From Felis catus (Eukaryota), in contig NC_058368.1 in assembly GCF_018350175.1 (NCBI RefSeq), positions 26,724,001-26,788,000 on the forward strand: a stretch of DNA of 64,000 nt. The letters are read 5' to 3'. The notes beneath the pieces were generated by a model. It was not told where the DNA came from. It saw nothing but the letters and a program-made list of their open reading frames with translations, and did no database searches. The position numbers were made by a program, and so were the translations under genes. Shown in pieces: positions 37,540 to 46,905 of the stretch. How positions within the stretch are numbered: position 1 is the stretch's first letter; each line of letters opens with the position of its first letter.

Positions 37540-39048
37540 AGAGAGGCAACTGTTATTTAATGAAAAGGTCACGAAGAGCTGAGATCTGGGACCTCCCCAG
37601 GAAGGGTATTTCCAGGCAGTTAAAGAAAAACATGAGGGTCTTGAAGATGCCCATAATTTGGCACCAGGGAGCTAATATAGAGCAGAGAAAACCTAGGGTT
37701 ACTCCCAGAAATTATCTTTACTTGTACCCGTGGACTTGGTACTTTACAGCCATACATACACTAGAACTTATTTTTTTTTTTATAATTTAAAAAATCTCCT
37801 CCAACGTGAGTTAAAGTTTTCCTAGAATATCCACACCGCCCTTTCCAATAATTTTCACAACCGCCCCCAAGAAGTTCCTCATTATCCCAAAACAGAGATG
37901 TTATAACTGAAGCCCAGAAGTCAAAGGGCATGGATTTGGACCTAAGCGATCTGATGCCAAATTCAGTGTTCTTTTCACAACTCATCCCTGTTGAGAAAAA
38001 CAAAACAAAACAAAACAAAAACCAAACAACTCAGATCATCATCAAATCATTATTGTGATTTCACATTTAAAACATTTTCTTGGGAGAGGAAAAAAAGGAC
38101 ATATTAAAGAATCTGGTATCAGAGTGTTTCAGAAACTGGTATCAAATGAAGATTGTGGGAAGTAAAAGTTGCCTATTTGAGATGGAAAACTGAAAAAGCA
38201 AAACTTTTTATTCCATTGGGATGGTCAATATTTTTAAACTTTTACCAGATTTTTCTGACTGTATGACCTCCATCTTTGGGCCAGACGAGGCCCCCAGGGG
38301 CAAAGGCGGGACTGGTGGGCAGAGGGGGCTGGTGCAGGAGTTACAGAAAAGTTGACAAATAGCCCTCTGATCATCCAGTTAGGATTTTTGCAGCAAGACC
38401 ATCAGCTAGAGAGCTGGGTATTATCAAAGGGAAAGGAGTTCCTAAATTAATTTTGCCCCATTTAATTAAGAAGCTGATTGGGAGGATAAAATCATTGTTT
38501 TGTATACAAAAGGCCTGGAAAAGCAGGAGGAGGAAGTCACAGAAAGACCATACCCTTATCAATCTGAGAGACTGTGGGGGTGGGAGGGGTGCGGGGATGC
38601 GCGTGGGAGGAGATGATGGGAAGTCATAACTTGATATTCCCACCCTGGCAATTCAGTGTAAAACCAGAAGGTCCCCTGGACAGGCTACGAGAAACAATGG
38701 GGGTAGAGGGGCTTCTGCTTCCTACCCCTTTCCCTCACAGAAGCCATCACAGTGAAGAAGGTAGACAGCATGCCCAAGCAGAAAATGGGTCTGATGTTGT
38801 TTCTAAACCTCCTGCAGCTTCTGTGTAGCACAGACAATAGGGTGGGAACTTTAGGGCCTGACATCATGGGGCTGAAGTAAAGGTAGGACAGATAAACCTA
38901 CAGAAGCTATCGTGGCCAGGGGCCGCATGCCAAATGTGGAAAGACTTGGAGCTATCTACATGTGAGGGAAAGCCAAGAGCAGGAAAGTCAGCAAGGAGAA
39001 GACCTGGGCCAGAGCCAGTCAAGAAAGAAAAATCGGGAGGTCATTGAC

Positions 39049-39495
39049 TGTGGGGAAATGGGTTCTACTTACATAAATGGATTGGAAAAAGCTTAGCGCG
39101 GAAAGTCACCATCGTGGGGCAAAGCGCCCAAGGTCAGCTAGCGATATATTGTAATGGGATCATGAGTAATTTGTTATGTCACCTGCAGGAAATTACTTTC
39201 CATCTGGCACCAATGTACCTTGATCACAAACTCCACTTGTCACCCAGACCCTTTGCTTCTTATACACACAAGTTAATGATTACTGTCTCAGTGTTTTCTC
39301 CACATTCACGTGTGTAAGATCTTGTTTTCTTCACGTTCACCACGTGGGTAATATCTTGTGAGCTCAATAAATACGGAGGCAAAACTCCTGTTCAGGGGGT
39401 CTTGTCTCCTCCTGGACATTAGCCTCTCTTCTATTCAATTCTGCATCCACTCTCTTGCTGGACAAGCAAGAACTCCAGACTCATAGTCTGTGACA
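39049..39495 (+). mobile_element. Endogenous retrovirus solo LTR, probably class II (beta-like)
   Basis: TGTGGGGAAA...GTGACA termini, TSD ATTGAC (39043-39048) / ATTGGC (39496-39501), AATAAATA at about 39366 and several retained CpGs. Confidence 0.75.
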
Positions 39496-39930
39496 ATTGG
39501 CCACAGACACCAACAACAAAACGGGCCCAATTCCCTTTAGCAGGGGACAGCCAGCACTCAGTCAAGTTCAGCACCAGGCCAGGGGTCACCTTCTCCCCAT
39601 GCCCTGAGGTTTATTTGAGCCACCACCTGCCCCCTGTCCCCTCCCCCCATTACCCAAACAACCTTGGAGAGAGTTCCAAGGAAAGGGGAAGAATCTGAAA
39701 GTCTGAACAATTATCCCAAAGCTTTGATTTAAGCCTAAGGAGACTGTCAAAATTCTTAGACCAAACTGGGCTGAAACTAGTAAGTGTGTGGAGAGGGACT
39801 ACCACCCAGGGAGTGGAAGCCTCCTGCGGATTTTGCACCTACTAATGAGTATCTGTGCTAAAGCTCTCCCTGGATCTTGATGTGTTCTTATTCTTTCTAC
39901 CACAGAGTAATTCAGTTACTTTCTTTGCAA

Positions 39931-40113
39931 CATTGTTTCCTGGGCTTGCTTGATCATAAGAATCACCCAGAGATTTCATTAGAAATGCAGATTTTTCTAT
40001 TTTATATCCAGTCTCACTCGACCTACTGAATTAGAATCACTAAGAGAGGGTTTAGGAATCTATACTTCTCTCAAGCACCTCCTGAGACCTTTGTGATCAA
40101 TTTGACACACCCT
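39931..40113. mobile_element. MER5B/MER117-like hAT-Charlie MITE
   Basis: GATCATAAGAATCACCCAG...AAATGCAGATT...GACCTACTGAATTAGAATCACT...AGGAATCTATACTT. Confidence 0.7.
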
Positions 40114-40516
40114 GCTCTTGACTTAGTGGACCTTCGATAATACAATACCATAAGGCCTCTAAATTGTGTGGCCTGGCAGGTCAATTCTGGCAGTCTGCCA
40201 CTACCATGGAAATGTGTTGTTACTCTTGAACTGATGGTATTTCTTTCTCCTTAAACATTTAGGGCCCCAAATGTTATCACTTCATTACCAGACTTACACA
40301 AAGCCAATTAAATTCTGTCAGTTTGATTAAAGATGCTAAGCCCTTTAAGTTATGCAGACAAATTAACAGCTTGGATGGCTACAGCCCACACATCACTCTG
40401 GCCATCAGGATTGGTTTGGGGAGGAGCAGTGACAGAGTAAAACTAACGGTGTGGGTTCTCTGGTGAAGCAAACGATGGATGCCCTTTCTCTACTCCACAT
40501 GTGAATGTTCAGCACC

Positions 40517-40534
40517 ATATATGGCATATATATC

Positions 40535-40589
<55 letters not shown>

Positions 40590-40682
40590 TATATATACAT
40601 ATATATGTATATATATATATACATATGTATATATATATATACATATATATATGTATATATATGTATATATATATGTATCCTG

Positions 40683-40720
<38 letters not shown>
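40517..40720. repeat. Compound (TA)n/(CA)n/(TATG)n microsatellite
   Basis: Directly visible. It is the source of the Y/I-rich ORFs in all six frames. Confidence 0.97.
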
Positions 40721-40723
<3 letters not shown>

Positions 40724-40955
40724 TGGAGATACAATGCACAGCATGTGACTATAGTTCATAATAACTCTGTTGCATAGAAAGTTTCCAAGAGAGTGGATCT
40801 TAAAAATTCTCATTGCAAGAAAAAAACATTTGTAACTATGTATGATGACTAATTTATTGTGGTGGTCATTTTGTAATATATACAAATATTAAGTCATGTT
40901 GTACACCTGAAACTAATATAATGTTATATGTGCATTATACTTCAATACAGAAAAA
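40721..40955 (+). mobile_element. L1MA/L1MB 3' UTR fragment
   Basis: ACAGCATGTGACTATAGTT...AAGAGAGTGGATCTTAAAAATTCTCA...GTTGTACACCTGAAACTAATATAATGTTATATGT...TTCAATA. Confidence 0.85.
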
Positions 40956-41139
40956 TTTAACTCGGGGATTTAAATTCCAGAACAAAAAGTGCTTTAAATA
41001 TCTTAGGATAGCTCCAAATTATTAAAGTATTTTGATATCTAAGGATCAAGAATAAAAAAGATGCTTCTAGGAAGCAGTGACAGCAAACAGGTGGTCTACA
41101 AAAACCTGCCTTGATTACCTCACTCATGGAGAGTCATTT

Positions 41140-41510
41140 TGACAAAATGATGTGAAAGCAGGCTATTCTGCTAGAAATGCTTAATTTATTAGGTGTTACT
41201 CTTAGCTGCAACTGCAAATAAAAGGGAACAGACGACCCCACTACTGTACATAGTATTCGTTATAAAGTTAGTTGCTTATAGTAAATACCAGGTACCCTAC
41301 AAATAGAATAAGGCATAGACCAAGAGAACTATGAGAGAATTCTGAAGCCAAACAAAGGATAAAAATAGATAGATAGATAACACAGGAGAAACATCTCTGG
41401 AACAGCTACAAGTGAGAGCTGGGAGCTTTAGCTCCAACCTCAAGGAGGAAGCCGAACTAGATGAATACAGACTGGAGCAAAAAAGCTTCAAAGGTGACAT
41501 GAAAACAAGA
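41140..41510 (+). mobile_element. Probable CR1/L3 LINE fragment
   Basis: Collinear weak matches to the CR1 3' ORF2 region: AAGGGAACAGACGACCCCACTACTGTAC, CCAGGTACCCTACAAATAGAATAAGGCATAGACCAA, and CTGGAGCAAAAAAGCTTCAAAGGTGACATG (LEQKSFKGDM versus CR1 LEKRRLRGDM). Confidence 0.45.
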
Positions 41511-43149
41511 CAGGAACTCAATTTGCAACACCCCTAAGCCATAGGGACTGATTACACACATGCCACATTTTACCCTATGCTTCCTTGAGTTTGGGTGTTG
41601 TTTTGTTGTGTTGAATTTGTTTTCGCCTAGCCAAAAATGCTCTGTGAAATGATCAGGTACCAGCAAGCCAGAGACCAGGAGTCCCAGGCCTGCCTTTCCA
41701 TTCCAGAATGGGGCAGGGAAAGGGGACAAGCCAGTGGGAAATAATGATCAGCACAGCTAACTAGCAAAGCTCAAGAGTTAGCCGGGGTGGGGGCAGGGGC
41801 TGCGGGACCTGGTTGAACTTACAAGACATGTAGGGCTTTAACCAATGAAAGGTTTGTGCCCAACCATCCAGGCCTCTGGATCACACAGGTCGAGTCCCCA
41901 GATATGGCATAAAAATGAACGGTGAGTTTGCCTCGGCTTTACTGCTGAGCACATAAACTGCTTTAGAGAAAAACAGCAGCGTTTTGTACAAGAAACTTGG
42001 CAAGCCCATGGTGTTGACAGTGTGCTGAGAGAATCAGTTGATGTTTGACCTCACCAAGACTCAACCTGTTTGTGTTTCCAGCCCCTCCGAACCCTGATAA
42101 TGAAAACCTATCACTGAGGCCTCTGATAATGGAAACCTTTTCTCAGCTGTGTTCTCCAGCTGCCACCTGAACTTACCGGTAATGTTTCAGCGGACAATAG
42201 TGAGACTGTCAACTCAAACAGTAACTCTTTTAGTGATTTCAGCCCGGTCTCTGGATTTGCTTGGCCGTTAGGAGTCCAGGCTTGGTGGAGAGGACACAGA
42301 GGGGGAATGCCAATGACTGGAGCAAGACGTGGCATCAGAAAGAAATTCTCTTTTCTGGAAGAAAAGAGGTGAGTGCCTTCCTGCTGAAAACATAATTAAG
42401 TCATGGGTCAAATATGTGAGACTCAATGACTTCACTGCCCTTGTTGATGGTACGTCCGAGAACTGGAAGCCTAAAACAGGGTCTTGAACGCACAAGAAAC
42501 AAGAAATGCAGAAATGTTGGAAATGGCAGAATAATGAGAAATGATGAGGATAAGAAACACTTTCTGGGGAAAGGACACAACACGGGATTTCTGTGATCAC
42601 GAAGCAGCCGCTCCAGAGCAGGGCATCAGCCCTAAAAGAGTAACCACATTGGGAAGTGTTGGATGAAGCCCTGGTCAAAGGGAGTTTTATTCTTTCTGCC
42701 ACCATCTCTGCCAATCCCAACCCTGCACTGGCTGTGAGTGAAACAGGCTGGCGGGGGTGGGTGTTGGGAATGTAAAATATTTAATAAATAAAATGGCAAA
42801 CGCTGACCAATCCAAATGGATGTGGGCCAAAGTGCTGAAACAAGTGCTGAAACAGACCTCCTGTCAGGCTGGATCCTGCGGAGACCCCAGAAACGGGGCT
42901 CGGCAGCTGGGGCATCAGAGCACCTGAATGCCTGCCCTGTTACCAGCTCCTGTCTGAAGCCCCACATTTGTTCTCCCTGTTTCCTCTCCACCAACCTGAG
43001 GTCAGATGGCCTTCATGCAGCACCCAAAGCATCTAATTTCATATCACTCCAGATTCAGTTGTCTGCCTCCTCACTGTTATAAAAAAAACTCAAGAAAATG
43101 TTCTTGTTTTGTCTACGTTCTTGGCATCTAGCTCTTTACCTCTACTTTG

Positions 43150-43960
43150 GGTAGTGGTGCTGGAATCCTGGGAGAGGTAGCATCTGAGAGATGTTTGTGT
43201 GGGATAAAATTCAAACATGCAGAAAAGGGGAGACCTGATTCTACATGCTGTGGACACGGAGTAAAAGGAGTCAGGGAAATGAGCACTGAATAGCTCACTT
43301 TCTGAATTGCAGACAGAGGAGATACTGAAGTCTGGCTGTGCGAAGGGAGGGCAGTAGCAGGGACCAGGATGAAAAGGCATTCTGAGACCAAACTGTAAAG
43401 GGACATCAGAAACCAGCTAAGAAATGTAAAACTTATCTTGTAGATGAGAGAGAGAAGTGGGAAATTTTAGAGCATAAGCAAATCATGACTGCAGAGGTGT
43501 GATATATGAAGTGGGAAAAAAAAAAAAAAACATTTGGGCCCCAAGCAAAAGGCTGTTGCCCTAATCTTAGGCAGGAGACTGTCATAACTTGACCTTGGCA
43601 GGTAATGGCAGTGGAAATGGAGAGGACGATTTGGAAATGAGAGATGTTATGGAGTAGTATAATTAACAGCCCTGGTAATTGATTGGAAGCACATTCATCT
43701 GATCCCAATGGGGATCAGAATCAAAGATGAGAGAAAACCTGTGAGCCTTAATTCCAAGGAGAATGGTGTTACCTTTAACAGCATGAATAATTCAAGGAAG
43801 GCCCAGGTTTGGATCCAGTTGGGAAGGGAGAAGGAGACACTACACTAAGGACATATGAATCCAACAGACCTGGCAGAAAACCAAGGGGGAGCTTTAGGAC
43901 CAATAGTCACAAATGTGGGATCAGAGCTTAGAAGAGATATCAGAACTGGAGGTAGAGAAT
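43150..43960 (-). mobile_element. L2 LINE fragment
   Basis: Purine-rich antisense L2-like sequence, e.g. GGTAATGGCAGTGGAAATGGAGAGG...GAGAGATGTT...CCTGGTAATTGATTGGA. Confidence 0.6.
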
Positions 43961-44250
43961 TAGCTCAAATAAACTCAGTTTTACTGAGCATAAAAAAACA
44001 AAGCTTAGTAGCTGCTCTAGATGCTTCCAAAGATGGATTGGGGTCCCAGCTGTGGTGTTTACTTCCTCATTACTTCCTCATCTCCTGAGGATCTTTGGTC
44101 TCAGGGAAAGGTAAGGGAGGCATGAGGAACAGCTGATTCCTGAGCTATCTAGCTGGGATGCCATTGTGCAAGGCTGATGCCCGAGAGGCCCAGCAAGAGA
44201 AGAGGCAGCAGCCTTCACCCAGAGGTTTCCTCAACCTCCAAAGAATTAAA

Positions 44251-44654
44251 TTTTTTTTAATTTAATTTTTTTATTTTTTAAATTTATATCCAAATTAGTT
44301 AGCATATAGTGCAACAATGATTTCAAGAGTAGCTTCGTTAGCCCCTTACCCATGTAGCCCCTCCCCCCTCCCACAACCCCTCCCGTAACCCTCAGTTTGT
44401 TCTCTATATTTATGAGTCTCTTCTGTTTTGTCCCCCTCCCCGTTTTTATATTATTTTTGTTTCCCTTCTCTTATGTTCATCTGTTTTGTCTCTTAAAGTC
44501 CTCATATGAGTGAAGTCATATGATTTTTGTCTTTCTCTGATAAATTTCACTTAGCATAATCCCCTCCAGTTCCAGCCAGGTAGTTGCAAATGGCAAGATT
44601 TTATTCTTTTTGATTGCTGAGTAATACTCCATTGTATATATATACACCACATCT
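44251..44654 (-). mobile_element. Young 5'-truncated felid L1 (3' UTR and tail)
   Basis: TCCAAATTAGTTAGCATATAGTGCAACAATGATTTCA...CCTCATATGAGTGAAGTCATATGA...GTTGCAAATGGCAAGATT with an exact 14-bp TSD TCCAAAGAATTAAA (44237-44250, 44655-44668). Confidence 0.95.
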
Positions 44655-45277
44655 TCCAAAGAATTAAAGTTTTAAAGTCCTTGTAACAGTGTATTTACAA
44701 ATGAGTGGAAGTGGAGAGAATATTTTACAGAACACAAATTTATACATGAATAAAAATATGTTAACCATGGCTAGGAAATGCTAGATGGTTCAGAAAAGTT
44801 TTAGTCCAGCTCAGCAAACCCAATACCTCTAAGAAACAGATAGTGTTTCTCTTCTAAGTACATGAGACAACACTGATCTAAAACTGACAATCTCAGCTCA
44901 TTAGGTAGAAAGTTCTTGTGTTCTGCTTTTATTGGGTTTGTTAAGGAACTTTATCTTTGTTCGGTGTTGATACACTATGTTCTCATTTTGAAAGGTATTC
45001 TTATTTTTATCTTTTAAAATTTATCCTAGGCTACTCTGGACCAGACATTTTCAAAAACTAAGAGTTCCTACAGCCCCATGCTCATATAACAATGATTTTA
45101 ACATCTCAACTTGCACAGGAGCACACTCCCACAATTAACCATTTCATTTCACCAAAATAACCATATCACATCCACTTGGATAATTTACTTATATTTTTAA
45201 AAAAAAGTAAAAGAAAAGAAAAGAATCAAGTGCTCATATTCTGGAATCATGCTCCCACTGTTTGAATCTTAGGGCCC

Positions 45278-45684
45278 TGTTCATAGTTTCCTGCAAATTA
45301 CCATAACAAATTACCTCAAACTGGGTGGCTTAAAATGACAGACCTTTTCATAGTTCTGTACCCTACAAGTCCTAAATCAAGGTGTCAGCAGAGGCAGTAG
45401 GGAAGGATCCTTCCTTGCCTCTTCCAGCTTCTGCCCCCAAGTTCACATATGTCTCCATGTGTCTGTATGTCCATTCTATCTCTTATAAAGACACTCACAC
45501 TGGATTTAGGGGCCCACCCTAATCCAGAAGTACCTTGTTTCAAGATCCTCAACTTAATAGAAAGGCCCTTTTTTAAATAGGGTAACTATCTGCAAAGACT
45601 CTTCCAATTTAGGTCACCTGCACAGGTACGAGGGGGTTAGGGCTTGGAGATATGTTTGTAGCGGACAAAATGCAACTCACTGCA
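45278..45684 (-). mobile_element. MaLR solo LTR (MLT1B/C-like)
   Basis: CATAACAAATTACCTCAAACTGGGTGGCTTAAAA...AAATCAAGGTGTCAGCAG...TGGATTTAGGGGCCCACCCTAATCCAG with a 5-bp TSD GGCCC at 45273-45277 and 45685-45689. Confidence 0.9.
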
Positions 45685-45694
45685 GGCCCCCATT

Positions 45695-45850
45695 ACCACC
45701 TCTGTGACCCTGGGCAACTTGGTTTTAGCTCTCTGTGTCCTTGTTTCCTCATCTGTGAAATGGAGATGGTAATAATACCCAATAATTACATAAATAAATA
45801 CATGCAAACCACTTACCACAGTGCTTGAGACAAATATTGGCTATTATTAT
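45695..45850 (+). mobile_element. MIR SINE
   Basis: CTGTGACCCTGGGCAA...GTTTCCTCATCTGTGAAATGGAGATGGTAATAATACC. Confidence 0.85.
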
Positions 45851-46192
45851 TTGTTTGGTAAATAGAGGAAACAAACAAAAACAAACAAACAAGCAAACAC
45901 AAGATCAAGTTATGACACTGCTCTTTACCATGAACTATACTTCACGTTTCTGTAGCATGCATTTTTTGTTTATTTTTAATTTAAGTATAGTTGAAACACT
46001 ATGTTATATAGTATGTATTCCCTTGTTAAATTTTATACAACATTTGTCTCATTTCATTGTGAAATAGAGATTTTAAGTATCGCATTATACCCATTCACAA
46101 CTGAATAAACTGTGTAGTTATTTGTAGTAGCAAAGCAGGAACTTGAACACGGTGGTCTGGCTACCAATCTAGCACTCTTTCTATTCCAGCAA

Positions 46193-46540
46193 TGTAGCCA
46201 GGCTAGTTATTTTGTGTTCTTATGACAAACCGTGGTAGGGATCTCTCCGTAAGGAAAGAAAAACAAAAAACAAAAACACCTCAAGGCAAAACTGCGTATG
46301 TGACAACCTCCCTCACCACCTTGTAACATGAGCCCACTTAATCAGACTGCATGTTTGTATGTTACCATATATGGGAGACAAAAAAGTAGAACATTTATTA
46401 AAAAAAATACACCATGTGGTGTTCGGGGCTCAGTTCTTTGAGTACAAACCCAACTGAGCCGTGCCAGCACAAATAAAGTTGCTTCCTGGAAAAAAAAAAA
46501 GCCCCAGTGTCACAACTCTATGTGTGAGAATCCTGCTACA
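46193..46540 (+). mobile_element. ERV solo LTR (carnivore ERV, family not assigned)
   Basis: Inverted termini TGTAGC...GCTACA, a TATA-like TTTATTAAAA, a GGCTCAGTT...AACTGAGCC stem and AATAAA at 46472-46477. No clean TSD. Confidence 0.7.
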
Positions 46541-46689
46541 TAACCATCCTCCCATATCCAACATTTTGTCTGGACATGAGGAAGAGACTGTGATAGAGAT
46601 CTTGATTTGAAATATACCTATGATGATTAATATGAGAGAGAGACAAAAAAGCAAGAAAACTTAGAAAAGAAGAAGAAGAAAATGCATTT

Positions 46690-46905
46690 TTTTTTTAAAT
46701 TTTTAACGTTTATTTATTTTTGAGACAGAGAGAGACAGAGCATGAACGGGGGAGGGTCAGAGAGAGGGAGACACAGAATCTGAAACAGGCTCCAGGCTCT
46801 GAGCTGTCAGCACAGAGCCCGGCACGGGGCTCGAACTCACCGACTGTGAGATCATGACCTGAGCTGAAGTCGGCCGCTTAACCGACGGAGCCACCCAGGA
46901 GCCCC
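46690..46905 (-). mobile_element. Young Can-SINE (feliform)
   Basis: CpG-rich body with an exact 16-bp TSD AGAAGAAAATGCATTT (46674-46689, 46906-46921). Confidence 0.98.

Noticed and set aside
40405..40885. Six overlapping Tyr/Ile-rich ORFs
   Set aside because: Translation artefact of the (TA)n microsatellite
42830..42853. AAGTGCTGAAAC twice, and similar short doublets near 24895, 31711 and 32092
   Set aside because: Ordinary slippage micro-duplications
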